The notes: generated by a model from the sequence alone, not told the origin. 64,000 nt of DNA from Pseudomonadota bacterium (GCA_021847605.1 JAJZQN010000019.1:485-64484); one strand, 5' to 3'. Positions 1 through 10,085 are shown, counted from the first letter of the stretch. Numbers and translations are program-made.

Positions 1-632
1 CCATGAGGGCGCCACTGGATTGGTTCGCTGCGCTCGCAATGACGATTCAATATGAAGTCATCCCGCTTTAATGTCGTTCGTGGGCGGTTGAAGACCGTTT
101 GTCCGCCGGTGATGCCGCCTGGCGGATGGGATTGGCGGATCATCGAAGCTGCGGCGCGCCGTTTGGTCGCTGCGCTATGGTGAAGCCACAGGAGCGAAGG
201 CCCCGGCCCCGCGTTAAGGCACGGTTCACCGCCAATGGCGTCGTGTCATCCCTGACAGTTTAACCCGATCCGGAGTGCCCGACAGCGCCTGGATACGCCT
301 CCGGCCTTCCCTTGCGCCGGGGGCGTTCTTCATTTCAGCCCGATCCGGCGCGCGCTGTAGTTTCCGTTACGGAAAATGTCGTTTGCGGCGGGAGACATGT
401 CGTTGGTCGCGCCGTTCGTGCCCGCTGATCGGCGCTTCGTCGTTTGGCCGATCCGGGTCGTTGCCGGTCGAAGCAGGCAGGCGCGCGGCCGGCCCGTCCC
501 CTAAACAGAATAAGCGAACGGGACAGGGACCGACCCCCTGATGACCTCCGTTTCCCGCCCGTTCGCACCCCGGCGTTTCGCGCAGCCCCCTTTGCGCATG
601 CCGGTCACAACAGGTTTTGAGGAGATAGGCCC

Positions 633-983
633 ATGTTCACGTCGTCCAAATTCACCGCCGCCGTCATTTCCATCGCCCTGGCCGCCAGCGCCGGCGCTGC
701 GTCCGCCCAGGAATTCCAGTCCAATGGCCGCACATCGGAAGTCTATCATGGCGATCTGGACCTGACCAAGGCGGATCAGCAGAAGCAGTTGCGCAGCCGT
801 ATCGCCCGCGCCGCCAGCCGGGTGTGCGCGAACGGCAATCTGGAAGCGCAGATGAGCTGTCGCGCCCGGGCGATCGCCCATGTCGAAACGCCGGTCAATG
901 CCGCCATTGCGCGCGCCGAGACGAAGGAGCGCTATGCCGACGCCAGCATCAAGAAGGAACCGCGCCCGGTCGTGGGTAACTGA
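633..983 (+). CDS. UrcA-family secreted protein
   Basis: 116-aa ORF with a gaggag RBS upstream and an N-terminal signal peptide (AASAGAASAQE). The motif YHGDLDL...QLRSRIARAASRVC is typical of the UrcA family. A hairpin terminator follows. Confidence 0.7.
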   Translation: MFTSSKFTAAVISIALAASAGAASAQEFQSNGRTSEVYHGDLDLTKADQQKQLRSRIARAASRVCANGNLEAQMSCRARAIAHVETPVNAAIARAETKERYADASIKKEPRPVVGN

Positions 984-1013
984 TCCCCGTCATCATGGTG
1001 CAGATGCGATAAA

Positions 1014-1040
1014 GGCCCGGCGGATTGCCGGGCCTTTTTT
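1014..1040 (+). terminator. Rho-independent terminator
   Basis: Stem GGCCCGGC, loop ggatt, stem GCCGGGCC, followed by TTTTTT. It lies 31 nt after the stop at 983. Confidence 0.8.
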
Positions 1041-1073
1041 GCGTGGACGGCCTGTCTGCGGTAGGCTGGCGCG

Positions 1074-1529
1074 ATGAGGCTGGATCGACCCTTGCAGACG
1101 ACGCTGGAGGCGGTTGCTGCAATCATGCTGGATGCGCGGCATCGCTGGTGGGTCATCGGCAGCGCGGCCGTGGCCCTGCATGGCGCGGAGCCGCTGACCG
1201 TTGCGGATGTCGACATTCTGCTCAGCCCGCAGGATGCGCGCCTGCTTCTTCCGCGCATCGGGATCGTGCCGGGGGCTGGGGCGGATCATCCCGATTTTCG
1301 GTCCACCCTGTTCGCAACCTGGCGGGACGCCGCTTTGCCGGTCGAATTCATGGCCGGTTTTTCCTATCGCCGTTATGGCGAGTGGATGCCTGTCGCGCCG
1401 CGGACCCGCATGGCCATGATGGTGGGAAAGGCCATGGTGTTCGTGCCGGAGCGGGCCGAACTGCGCGAAATCATCCAAGGGTTCGGGCGTCCCAAAGACT
1501 GGGAGCGGGCCGGGTTGCTGGCGGGTTAG
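1074..1529 (+). CDS. hypothetical protein
   Basis: 151-aa ORF with normal composition. Its 3' end overlaps the convergent response-regulator gene by 4 nt. No family recognised with certainty. Confidence 0.45.
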   Translation: MRLDRPLQTTLEAVAAIMLDARHRWWVIGSAAVALHGAEPLTVADVDILLSPQDARLLLPRIGIVPGAGADHPDFRSTLFATWRDAALPVEFMAGFSYRRYGEWMPVAPRTRMAMMVGKAMVFVPERAELREIIQGFGRPKDWERAGLLAG

Positions 1530-2284
1530 CGCCCCGTCATCGCCCGCGCATTGGCGAGGAAGGTGCGGCCGATGCGGATTTCGCCGCCGTCGGCGAGCGC
1601 GGCGAACCAGACGCCGCTGCCGTCATGGCGCAGGCGGGCGATATGGTCGCGGCGCACGATGTGGCTGCGGTGCAGGCGCACGAACTGTTGCGGGTCGAGC
1701 CGCTCCTCCAGCGAACTGATCGTCTGATGCAGGAGATAGCTGTGGCCGCCGACATGCAGGCGCATATAGTCGCGCTCCGCCTCTATCCGGTCGATCTGGT
1801 CGGCGGCGATGCGGATCAGTTCGGAGCGGTGCGGCACCCAGAATTCTTCGGCCCATTCGGGCGTGGGTTCAGCCGAAATGGCGGGGGCGTCGCCACTGCT
1901 CTGGTTGCGCAGCGCCACTTCCACCCGGTCCACCGCGCGGGTCAGCCGGTCATGGGCGACGGGCTTCAACATATAGTCGACGGCGGCGAGATCGAACGCT
2001 TCGACCGCGAACCCTTCGAAAGCAGTGACGAAGATCACGGCGGGGCGGATGCCCATGCGGCCGACCGCGCGGGCGACGCCAATGCCGTCGAGCAGAGGCA
2101 TGGCGATGTCGAGCAGGACGAGATCGGGGCGAAGCCCCTCGATCAGGCGCAGCGCCGCTTCGCCGTCGGTGGCGGTGCCGACCAGCGCGATGCGCGGTTC
2201 GCGCGCGCACAGCATCTGGAGTCGCTCGACCGCGAGCGGTTCATCATCGACGATCATGGTGCGGATGGACATGCGGTTCAGCAA
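1526..2284 (-). CDS. LytTR-family two-component response regulator
   Basis: Receiver domain (MIVDDEPLAVERL...DLVLLDIAMPLLDG) plus a C-terminal LytTR DNA-binding domain (IRIAADQIDRIEAERDYMRLHVGG). It overlaps the upstream kinase gene by 7 nt. Confidence 0.9.
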   Translation of the reverse strand: MLNRMSIRTMIVDDEPLAVERLQMLCAREPRIALVGTATDGEAALRLIEGLRPDLVLLDIAMPLLDGIGVARAVGRMGIRPAVIFVTAFEGFAVEAFDLAAVDYMLKPVAHDRLTRAVDRVEVALRNQSSGDAPAISAEPTPEWAEEFWVPHRSELIRIAADQIDRIEAERDYMRLHVGGHSYLLHQTISSLEERLDPQQFVRLHRSHIVRRDHIARLRHDGSGVWFAALADGGEIRIGRTFLANARAMTGR

Positions 2285-3390
2285 CCCCGGCGAATGATGG
2301 GTAAAGTGAGAAGGACGGAAAAGCCCTTGCCCTCACGCGGACCATAGACGATCCGGCCGGCATCGCCAAAGCGCGCGGTCAGCCGGTCGCGGACATTGGC
2401 GAGGCCGATGCCGCTGCCCGCGTCAGCAGCATTGGGCGGATTGTCGCCGTCGTCGGTGATGGCGATGTGCATCTGATCGCCATCCTCGCGCGCGGTGATG
2501 CGGATGGTGACGGGGCTGGAGGTGCGCGACACTCCATATTTGATCGCATTTTCCACCAGCGGCTGAAGGATCAGGCCAGGCACGCAGGCGCTGAGCAGGC
2601 CGGCGGGAATGTCGATCACCGTGGCCAGCCGATCGGGGAAGCGCACCGCTTCGATATCCAGATAGAGTTTCTGGAGATGCACTTCCTCCTCCAGCGGCAC
2701 ATCGTCCAGCGGATCGCCGGTCAGGCTGGTGCGGTAGAAGTTGGAGAGCGACATGATCATCTTTTCCGCTTCATCCGGGCGGTTGCGCATGACCAGGGTG
2801 GACAGGGAATTGAGCGTGTTGAACAGGAAATGCGGGTTCACCTGATAGCGCAGCGATCGCAATTCGGCCTGCTGGGCGGCGCGCTCTAGCCGGGCGGCGC
2901 GCCGTTCGGTGCGGTGCGCTTCGCTGGCGTAGGACAGAGCGAGATAGAGACCGGCCCAGGCCGAGAGGAAGAAATAGCGGCTGAGCGCATCCTCCACGAT
3001 GGAGATGAGGACATAGCCTTCTTCCCTGGCCATCTTCATCTTCTCACCGTCCGAGATGAAATTGCCCGGATCATAGACGTTGAAGATATAGTAATTGGCG
3101 GCCGCCATCGCGAGCGCGAAGGGGGCGGCCAGCGAAAAGGCGGCGACGACGCGCACGACCAGAGGCTTATGGTCGAACCGACGCAGCACCAGATAGAAGA
3201 TCCAGGTGATGATGATGCCGATGGTGGCCACCACCATGCGGCGGGCCGCCATTTCGCCCTGCGATTCAAAGCCGATCACGACCGCGCGCAGGCTGACGAT
3301 GATGGTGTAGAAAAACCAGAAACCCAATATGGAATAGAGCGCGATCGCCGGCGCTACGCCGCGATCGCCTTCTTCGGCCGTGTCGATCAT
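2278..3390 (-). CDS. Sensor histidine kinase, LytS/YehU type
   Basis: Multi-TM N-terminus. His_kinase motif LRYQVNPHFLFNTLNSLSTLV and a C-terminal HATPase_c region (ENAIKYG...DDGDN...GIGLANVRDRL). Confidence 0.85.
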   Translation of the reverse strand: MIDTAEEGDRGVAPAIALYSILGFWFFYTIIVSLRAVVIGFESQGEMAARRMVVATIGIIITWIFYLVLRRFDHKPLVVRVVAAFSLAAPFALAMAAANYYIFNVYDPGNFISDGEKMKMAREEGYVLISIVEDALSRYFFLSAWAGLYLALSYASEAHRTERRAARLERAAQQAELRSLRYQVNPHFLFNTLNSLSTLVMRNRPDEAEKMIMSLSNFYRTSLTGDPLDDVPLEEEVHLQKLYLDIEAVRFPDRLATVIDIPAGLLSACVPGLILQPLVENAIKYGVSRTSSPVTIRITAREDGDQMHIAITDDGDNPPNAADAGSGIGLANVRDRLTARFGDAGRIVYGPREGKGFSVLLTLPIIRRGC

Positions 3391-3528
3391 GCCCCCTGTC
3401 TACGCCAGCCGCGCGGGAAAGTCTGTAGCGGCCATGGTTGCTGGTCGAACGCGCGGCGACGTTGGTCGAAGGGGCGCGTGGGAACCGCGCCGCCGGGCCA
3501 TCCGTTGATTGGGCACAGGAGAACGATC

Positions 3529-3741
3529 ATGACCGACAAGACGGACATGCGCCCCAGCAGCCGCGAGGAGGCGGGCGACAAACGGGAGAGCGACGCGCAG
3601 GATCATGCGCTGGACCGCGAGGAACAGCTGGACGAGGGGCTGAAGGATTCGATGGATGCGTCCGACCCGCCGGCCGCGACCCGGCCGGGCGACCATGGCG
3701 ATCCGGTGCCGTCTTCGGGATACAGGAAGGCGGATCGATAG
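3529..3741 (+). CDS. small acidic hypothetical protein
   Basis: ATG at 3529 preceded by aggaga. 70 aa, rich in D/E. The long upstream extension in the ORF track overlaps the kinase gene antisense and is unlikely to be translated. Confidence 0.45.
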   Translation: MTDKTDMRPSSREEAGDKRESDAQDHALDREEQLDEGLKDSMDASDPPAATRPGDHGDPVPSSGYRKADR

Positions 3742-3815
3742 CCGCGCCCGGGAACCTATGTTATGCTGGCTGCGGCAGAGCGAAACCGCCGCCGATCGAG
3801 AGGAGTATAGCCCCT

Positions 3816-4070
3816 ATGCCGACATCCGCCACCCCCGCCATCGAACGGATCGCCCGCGTCCTGGCCGGGCGTCACCTGAGCCTGAACGGCGAAGGCAGTG
3901 ACGCGCATGCGGCGGGCGCGGTGGATGCCGCCTGGCCCGACCATGTCGATGACGCCTATGCGATATTGAGCACATTGCGCGAACCCGATGCGCATATGGC
4001 GCAGGCGGGCGATGTGGCGGTGTGGCGCGCGATGATCGGCGCGGTGCTGGAGCGACGGCCGGGCGCGTAA
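3816..4070 (+). CDS. hypothetical protein
   Basis: ATG at 3816 preceded by gagaggag. 84 aa with normal composition. Confidence 0.45.
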   Translation: MPTSATPAIERIARVLAGRHLSLNGEGSDAHAAGAVDAAWPDHVDDAYAILSTLREPDAHMAQAGDVAVWRAMIGAVLERRPGA

Positions 4071-4119
4071 AAGGCAGGCATTGGCCCGCCGCTTCGCCTG
4101 TGGCATGAGGGGCGGGACG

Positions 4120-4464
4120 ATGCTGAAGATCAAGATCCAGATATATTGCGGCGACCAGATCGCCATGGGACCGGGCAAGGCCGACCTGCTCGACGCGATC
4201 GCAAGCGAGGGGTCGATTTCGGCGGCCGGGCGCAAGCTGGGGATGAGCTATCGCCGCTGCTGGTTGCTGGTCGACGTGATGAACCGATGCTGGGACGCGC
4301 CGCTGGTTGCGACCTCCACCGAAGGCGCGACGCTGACCGGGCGCGGCGTGGAAGTGTTGCGCGATTACCGGGCGGTGCAGAAATTGGTGGGGAGCGCTGG
4401 CGCGAAGGCCGGACAGGCGCTGGAGCAACATGTGCGCGCGGAGCCGCTGGCCGCGCAGGAATAA
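4120..4464 (+). CDS. ModE-N-terminal-like winged-HTH transcriptional regulator
   Basis: MLKIKIQ...GPGKADLLDAIASEGSISAAGRKLGMSYRRCWLLVDVMN matches the ModE/LysR-type HTH pattern. The ATG at 4120 sits inside an ORF annotated from a TTG at 4081. Confidence 0.7.
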   Translation: MLKIKIQIYCGDQIAMGPGKADLLDAIASEGSISAAGRKLGMSYRRCWLLVDVMNRCWDAPLVATSTEGATLTGRGVEVLRDYRAVQKLVGSAGAKAGQALEQHVRAEPLAAQE

Positions 4465-4501
4465 GCGGGCGACGCGGTGATGGGGGGAAATACGACATAA
4501 G

Positions 4502-4602
4502 CCCCTCCCCTTCAGGGGAGGGGACGAGGGGTGGGGGCTATCCGCCTGACACAGCGCTTTTAGGCACGCCCCCACCCCAACCCCTCCCCTGAAGGGGAGG
4601 GG
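4502..4602. repeat. Nested REP-like palindromic element
   Basis: Hairpin CCCCTCCCC-ttca-GGGGAGGGG at 4502-4523 and hairpin CCCCTCCCC-tgaa-GGGGAGGGG at 4581-4602. Between them, GGGGTGGGGG (4528-4537) is complementary to CCCCCACCCC (4569-4578). Confidence 0.7.
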
Positions 4603-4716
4603 CTAAGAGTGTCCGCTTCTGGCCCATCATCGCCATTGGCTCTCGCGGCGCTCCGTTCATCGCATCCCTAATCTTTCGGTAACACCCGGCGGGCATGGGG
4701 GTAATTGGAGGCTCGC

Positions 4717-5085
4717 ATGTATGACATCCAGTTTCGCCATGACATCAATCTGTTGGACATTGCCTGGCATGGGCTGTTCAGCGGGGAGGAAGTGGCGGCC
4801 TATGCGCGGGAGGTGAAGGCGCGGTTCGTGGCGGAGGGGTTTTCGCCCGGCTATCTGCTGCGCATGGACATGAGCCGCAGCGCGGTGCAGCCGCAGGAGG
4901 CGGTGGCCGCGTTCCGCGAGCATCTGGGCGAGGGGAATTTTCCGCGCGCGTTGCGCATCGCCATCGTCACGCCCAGCGCCATCGCCCGGTTGCAGGTGAA
5001 ACGCGAAATGACCCAATCCTATCTGCGCATCTTCGATTCCGCGCCGCCAGCGCTGGATTGGTTGCTGAAGGGCGACGGCGCTTAG
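4717..5085 (+). CDS. hypothetical protein
   Basis: ATG at 4717 lies 6 nt after ggag. 122 aa with normal composition. A terminator hairpin follows. Confidence 0.55.
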   Translation: MYDIQFRHDINLLDIAWHGLFSGEEVAAYAREVKARFVAEGFSPGYLLRMDMSRSAVQPQEAVAAFREHLGEGNFPRALRIAIVTPSAIARLQVKREMTQSYLRIFDSAPPALDWLLKGDGA

Positions 5086-5096
5086 AGTCTGTTTGG

Positions 5097-5120
5097 AAAA
5101 TGCGCGAAAGGGCGCATTTT
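5097..5120 (+). terminator. Rho-independent terminator (part of a larger repeat)
   Basis: AAAATGCGC-gaaagg-GCGCATTTT, 12 nt after the stop at 5085. Confidence 0.6.
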
Positions 5121-5300
5121 CGTGGCGGGCCGGTGCGGATGCGCCGGAGGCGCATTTCCAAACAGGCGCTTAGGCTTTTCGAAGACGATTCCTGCGTTTC
5201 GGGTGCGACATGCCGCCTTGCCGTGCCTATATTCGAATATATATAGCTAATCCTGTAAATCCCGGTTATCGATCCCGCAAAATCACAAAGGGGAAAGATC

Positions 5301-7658
5301 ATGACGGGGAAAAACTGGGTCGCGGCGTTGCTGATGGCGTCGGCCGCATGGGCGCCCGCCGTTCTGGCGGAGGAAGCGGAAGCCGGCGACGCGCCTGGCG
5401 GCGCGATCGTGGTGACGGCGCGCCTGCGCGAGGAAGATCCGCAAAAGGTGCCGGCGGCGATGAGCATCATCGACGGCGACGACCTGACCCGCACCTATAC
5501 CGTCAACCTCAACCAGTTGAGCCAGCTTGCCCCGGCGCTCAACTACAGCTCGGCCAATCCGCGCAACACATCCTTCACCATCCGCGGCCTGGGATCGAGC
5601 GTGGTCGCAGTCAGTCAGGCCAATGACGGGCTGGAGCCGGGCGTCGGCTTCTATGTCGACGGCGTCTATCATGCGCGCGCGGCGACGGCGGCGTTCGATT
5701 TCACCGACATCGACCGGGTGGAAGTGCTGCGCGGGCCGCAGGGTACGGTGTTCGGCAAGAATACGACCGCCGGCGCGATCAACATCACATCGAAAAAGCC
5801 CAGCTTCAATTGGGGCGGCGAGGCCGAGCTATCCTATGGCAGCCGCGATTTCCTGCAGGCGAAGGCGGCGATCACCGGGCCTATCGCGGGCGATGTGCTG
5901 GCGTTCCGCCTGTCGGGATCGGTGACGCGGCAGGACGGCTATCTGTGGAACGTCGCGCGCGACGAGCATCAAAATAATATCCATAATGACGCAATCCGGG
6001 GGCAATTGCTGTTCCAGCCATCGTCCGATTTCAGTTTCCGCGTGATTGGCGACTGGTCCAATTTCAAAAATAATTGCTGCGGACAGGTTTTCGTGCGCGT
6101 GGCCCCGACGCTGAAACCGGCGGCGCAGCAATATGCGGCGCTGGCGGCCAATGCGCCGGGCGGCGCTTATGCCCCGCCCAGCACCAATCCCTATGACCGG
6201 GTGACGGACAATGACGCGCCGCTGGGCGTCGACACCAATGAAGGCGGGGTGTCGGGCACGGCGGAATGGAAGCTGGGCGGGGTGACGCTGACGTCGATCA
6301 GCGCCTGGCGCTTCTGGAACTGGGACGCGGCCAATGACCGCGACTATACCGGGCTGCATATCCAGACGACCCAGCATATCCCGTCGCGGCAGGACCAGAT
6401 CAGCCAGGAATTCCGCATCGGTTCCAACACGCCCGGGCCGATCGAATATGTCGCCGGCCTCTATTATTTCCACCAGAAGATCGTCGGCCATCCGATCAGC
6501 ATCTATGGCCCGCTGGCGACTTATTGGTTGCTGCCGGCGAGCGCGACGCGCACATCGGCGCTGCTGGACGGATATCAGACCGACGGGCGCACCGATTTTC
6601 GTAGTGAAAGTTATGGCATATTCGGGGAAGTCACCTGGCGCCCGCTGCCGCGCGTGGCGCTGACCGGCGGCATTCGCTACACCTATGAAGAGAAGGACGG
6701 CGTCTATGACGTGCGCACCTTTGGCGGGGTCGCGCCGACGGCGGCGTTGCAGGCGGATCAGCAATCCATCCTGCGCGCGCAAAGCTATAGCGCGCATGTC
6801 GGCGATGGCAGCGCGTCGGGCCGGGTCAACGCATCCTGGGAACCGGTGGACGGCGTGATGGCCTATGCCAGCTTCGCCAAGGGGCAGAAATCGGGCGGCA
6901 TCAACATGTCGGGCCTGCCGACCAACAGCGCGGGACAGGCCGTGCTGGCGACGGCTGTGATCCGGCCGGAAACCAATACGACCTGGGAAGCGGGGTTGAA
7001 GACGCGGCTGTTCAATGATGCGCTGACCTTCAACATCGACGCCTATCACACCAACGTCACCGATTTTCAGGCGAACATCGTGGACAATAGCGCGACGGTG
7101 GCGTTGCGCAGCTATCTGGCCAACATTCCCAAGGTGACGGTGAAGGGCATCGAGTTCGACGCCGCCGCCCGGATCGGCGCGAATTTCACGCTGCGCGCGT
7201 CGGGTGCGTACAGCGATGGCGTCTATGCCCGCTATCCCAATGGTCCCTGTTCGATCGAGCAGACGGGCAGCGGCACGGCGCGGTGCGACCTGTCCGGCCA
7301 GGGCATGCCGGGCCTGCCCAAATGGGTGGGGTCCGCCGGGGGCGAATATCATCTGCCCGTCGCGGTGGCCGGCCGCGACGGCGAGTTCGTGCTGCGCGCC
7401 GACGCAGTGACGCGCACGAAGATATTCGGCGATGCGACCGGATTGGCCTATACGATCATCAAAGGCTATACGCTGGTCAATGGCAGCATCGGATATCGCA
7501 CGCCCAACTGGGAAGTGGCGGTGTTCGCCCGCAACCTGTTCGACAAGGATTATATGCAGAATCTGACCGTGCAGGCGGGCAATAGCGGGCTGATCGTCGG
7601 GACGCCCAGCGAACCGCGCACGATCGGCGTGACGCTTCGCACGGCATTTGGGGGATAG
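5301..7658 (+). CDS. TonB-dependent receptor
   Basis: 785 aa with a signal peptide. Plug-domain motifs (IVVTA...DLTR...RGLGSS...FYVDGVY...VEVLRGPQGTVFGKNTTAGAINI) and a C-terminal beta-barrel ending in an aromatic-rich stretch. Confidence 0.9.
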   Translation: MTGKNWVAALLMASAAWAPAVLAEEAEAGDAPGGAIVVTARLREEDPQKVPAAMSIIDGDDLTRTYTVNLNQLSQLAPALNYSSANPRNTSFTIRGLGSSVVAVSQANDGLEPGVGFYVDGVYHARAATAAFDFTDIDRVEVLRGPQGTVFGKNTTAGAINITSKKPSFNWGGEAELSYGSRDFLQAKAAITGPIAGDVLAFRLSGSVTRQDGYLWNVARDEHQNNIHNDAIRGQLLFQPSSDFSFRVIGDWSNFKNNCCGQVFVRVAPTLKPAAQQYAALAANAPGGAYAPPSTNPYDRVTDNDAPLGVDTNEGGVSGTAEWKLGGVTLTSISAWRFWNWDAANDRDYTGLHIQTTQHIPSRQDQISQEFRIGSNTPGPIEYVAGLYYFHQKIVGHPISIYGPLATYWLLPASATRTSALLDGYQTDGRTDFRSESYGIFGEVTWRPLPRVALTGGIRYTYEEKDGVYDVRTFGGVAPTAALQADQQSILRAQSYSAHVGDGSASGRVNASWEPVDGVMAYASFAKGQKSGGINMSGLPTNSAGQAVLATAVIRPETNTTWEAGLKTRLFNDALTFNIDAYHTNVTDFQANIVDNSATVALRSYLANIPKVTVKGIEFDAAARIGANFTLRASGAYSDGVYARYPNGPCSIEQTGSGTARCDLSGQGMPGLPKWVGSAGGEYHLPVAVAGRDGEFVLRADAVTRTKIFGDATGLAYTIIKGYTLVNGSIGYRTPNWEVAVFARNLFDKDYMQNLTVQAGNSGLIVGTPSEPRTIGVTLRTAFGG

Positions 7659-7825
7659 GCGCGCCGGCGCCATCCTCCGTTTGCCGCAGTCATGAAATTT
7701 TCATGTTGCGCCGCACAACGAAATCTGTTCCCTTGCCTGAACAGCGGTGGAACAGGCGCTTAAGCCTTCAGTAACCATGGAGGGCGCATGATCCACCCTG
7801 CGACTTAAAGTCGGAGGGCTTGAAC

Positions 7826-8374
7826 ATGGGCACGAGTGCAAAACCGGCGGATGGGGCTGTCACCCTGGCGGAACTGCGTGAATTCGCCAGCTTCCCGTCT
7901 GCCACGCAACGCTACATCAGACGTTCGCTCGACATAGGGCTGCATCGCCGCGACGCGATGAAGCTGTGGTCGCGCGACATGGTGGAGGAAGCCTCGATCC
8001 GCGCCCAGGCGCGCATCTATGGCCGGCTGGACGAGATCAAGACGCGCGTGCCCGACGACAGCGGCCTGGAGCAGGTGGAGCCGTTCATGGCGCCGCTCGT
8101 CACCATTTCCGCCTTCGACCTGGGGCAGGACCGGTTGGGCAGTTTTTCGGCCTATCGCTTCCTGTATGAGCGGCTGCTGGGGGCGGGGGCGCGGCCATGG
8201 TTGCCCGGCGCTTTCTGCGCGGCGGCGAGCCTGCCGCATCTGCACCCCGACAAGCGCCGCATTCTGCTCCAGTCGATCAGCGAGGCGGCGGCGACGGCGG
8301 TCGGCTGGTCCAACCGCGAACCGACCTTCTATCCCGAATGGGTGGAGAAGGTGGACATGTCCAAGGCGAACTGA
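7826..8374 (+). CDS. hypothetical protein
   Basis: ATG at 7826 lies 7 nt after ggaggg (the track starts at a TTG at 7820). 182 aa. No family recognised. Confidence 0.5.
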   Translation: MGTSAKPADGAVTLAELREFASFPSATQRYIRRSLDIGLHRRDAMKLWSRDMVEEASIRAQARIYGRLDEIKTRVPDDSGLEQVEPFMAPLVTISAFDLGQDRLGSFSAYRFLYERLLGAGARPWLPGAFCAAASLPHLHPDKRRILLQSISEAAATAVGWSNREPTFYPEWVEKVDMSKAN

Positions 8375-8387
8375 ACGCCTTTGCAAG

Positions 8388-8422
8388 GGCCGCGCGAAGT
8401 GGGGGCTTCGGCGCGGCCTTTT
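8388..8422. terminator. Bidirectional hairpin terminator
   Basis: GGCCGCGCGAAG-tggggg-CTTCG(g)GCGCGGCC followed by TTTT. It sits between convergent genes ending at 8374 and 8443. Confidence 0.7.
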
Positions 8423-8442
8423 CTATGTTCAGGCCCGGTTCT

Positions 8443-8769
8443 TCAGGCGCGATGCGGGGCGTAGAAGATGACCGCCGCGCCGATCAGGCAGAGCGCGACG
8501 CCCGCCATGTCCCAGCGGTCGGGCCGCACTCCTTCCGCGCCCCACAGCCACAGCAACGCCGACACTATGTAGATGCCGCCATAGGCCGCATAGGCGCGAC
8601 CGGCCTGATCGCTGTCGACCAAGGTCAGCAGCCAGGCGAACAGGGCGAGCGACGCGCAGCCCGGCAGCAGCCAGAGCGGCGAGCGATCCATGCGCAGCCA
8701 GGCCCAGAAGGCGAAGCAGCCGGCGATTTCGGCCAGCGCGGCGGCGATATAGATGAAGATGGCTGGCAT
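8443..8769 (-). CDS. ynfA: YnfA-family (UPF0060) inner-membrane protein
   Basis: 108 aa with 4 TM segments. AEIAGCF..W.WL and YAAYGGIY motifs match E. coli YnfA. Confidence 0.8.
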   Translation of the reverse strand: MPAIFIYIAAALAEIAGCFAFWAWLRMDRSPLWLLPGCASLALFAWLLTLVDSDQAGRAYAAYGGIYIVSALLWLWGAEGVRPDRWDMAGVALCLIGAAVIFYAPHRA

Positions 8770-10085
8770 TATTTCCCTGTTGCGGCGTGGGCGGCGCTGG
8801 CCCGGTCAAGGAAGTTGCGCGACAGGCCATGATAGAGCCGATCCTGGCAGACGCGCTGTGCAGCCCAATCCGCCACCAGCGCCGCGCCGAGCAGCGGCAG
8901 CATGAAGCCGCGGCTGCCGGTGGTTTCAGAAATGATGATGACGGCGGTCAGCGGCGCGCGCACGACCCCGGTGAAATAGGCGACCATGCCCAGCAGCACG
9001 ACAGCGCTGGCCTGATCGTCGGGGAAGATCCAGCGCAGCAGATTGCCGAAGCCCGCGCCGGTGGCGAGCGAGGGGGCGAAGATGCCGCCGGGAATGCCCG
9101 ATATGCTGGTGGCGAGCGTGCTGACGAATTTGGCGGGCGCAAACCAGAGCGGATGATGGCCGCCGATAATGAGTTGACGCGCGGGTTCGTAGCTGGTGCC
9201 CCAGGTGAGGCCGGTGGCGACGCCGATGGCAGCGACGACCAGACCGCAGCCGCCGGCAAAGAGGACGGGATTGGCGCGCATCCAGTCCGTAAAGGCGTTG
9301 CGCGACCGGGCCGCCCCCAGCGCCAGCCGCGCGAACAGGCCGCCCGATGCGCCGCCCATGACCCCGGCGAGCAGGGCGATGGGAATGGCGGAGGCGAGCG
9401 GCAGATGTGCGGCGACCGCGCCGAAATAGACATAGTCGCCGGCCAGCCCCAGGCTGACCATGCCGGAAATGATGACGGCGGTGATGACGAGCAGGGTCAT
9501 GCGCTGTTCATAGGCGGAGGCGAGTTCCTCGATCGCGAAACAGATGCCGGCCAGCGGGGTGTTGAAGGCGGCGGCGACGCCCGCTGCGCCGCCCGCAACC
9601 ATGACCGACGCGCGTAGCGGCACGTTCAGAAGAGCGTGGACGCGGGCGAGGATGGCGGCGCTGATCTGCACGGTGGGGCCTTCGCGCCCGACCGACGCGC
9701 CCACCAGCAGCCCGGCGATGGTCAGCGCGACCTTCAGCAGGGCGGTGCGCAGGTCGATGAGGCAGCGGCCGACCTTTTCGGGCAATTGGGTGGCGGCGAT
9801 GACCTGAGGAATGCCCGATCCGCCGGCGAAGGGCGCTGCGCTGCGGGTGATCCAGGCGAGGGCGGCAAAGCCCAGCGGGGTCAGCAGCAGCGGCAGCCAG
9901 CGATTGGCGCGGGCGACATGTTGAAAAGCGTCGCTTGCTTCGTCCGCCGCCCAGGCGAAGGCGACGGCGGCAAGACCCACCAGCACCGCCCCGCCCATCA
10001 GCGCCAGCCTGCGCCGGAACAGCAGCGATGTGGGACCGCTGTGCCGGATGAGGGCGCGGACGCGGCGGGCGGTCCAGCGCTTCAT
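8769..10085 (-). CDS. ClC-family chloride channel/antiporter
   Basis: 438 aa, polytopic. Selectivity-filter motifs [14 protein letters not shown] and GIFAPS are present. Confidence 0.85.
   Translation of the reverse strand: MKRWTARRVRALIRHSGPTSLLFRRRLALMGGAVLVGLAAVAFAWAADEASDAFQHVARANRWLPLLLTPLGFAALAWITRSAAPFAGGSGIPQVIAATQLPEKVGRCLIDLRTALLKVALTIAGLLVGASVGREGPTVQISAAILARVHALLNVPLRASVMVAGGAAGVAAAFNTPLAGICFAIEELASAYEQRMTLLVITAVIISGMVSLGLAGDYVYFGAVAAHLPLASAIPIALLAGVMGGASGGLFARLALGAARSRNAFTDWMRANPVLFAGGCGLVVAAIGVATGLTWGTSYEPARQLIIGGHHPLWFAPAKFVSTLATSISGIPGGIFAPSLATGAGFGNLLRWIFPDDQASAVVLLGMVAYFTGVVRAPLTAVIIISETTGSRGFMLPLLGAALVADWAAQRVCQDRLYHGLSRNFLDRASAAHAATGK

Noticed and set aside
1-70. Short frame encoding ...LDWFAALAMT..., reminiscent of a dispersed alphaproteobacterial repeat that yields such peptides
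   Set aside because: Only one partial copy is present, at the window edge. It cannot be supported as a repeat family from this window alone.
275-632. Overlapping 74-126-aa ORFs upstream of the UrcA-like gene
   Set aside because: They are mutually overlapping on both strands, R/P/G-rich and lack RBSs. The region is treated as non-coding leader.
5829-7673. 614-aa ORF antisense to the TonB-dependent receptor gene
   Set aside because: This is a typical high-GC shadow ORF. Its composition is Arg/Ala/Gly/Pro-rich, it has no RBS and it lies fully inside a well-supported gene on the other strand. The same reasoning applies to 9636-11207, 20332-22878, 22824-25058, 29495-31387, 33069-34883, 37472-39259 and 53547-55049.
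7691-7705. 15-bp palindrome CATGAAATTTTCATG downstream of the first TonB receptor
   Set aside because: There is only a single copy. It does not match a Fur box or any operator I recognise, and no adjacent regulator is present. It could simply be part of a weak terminator region.
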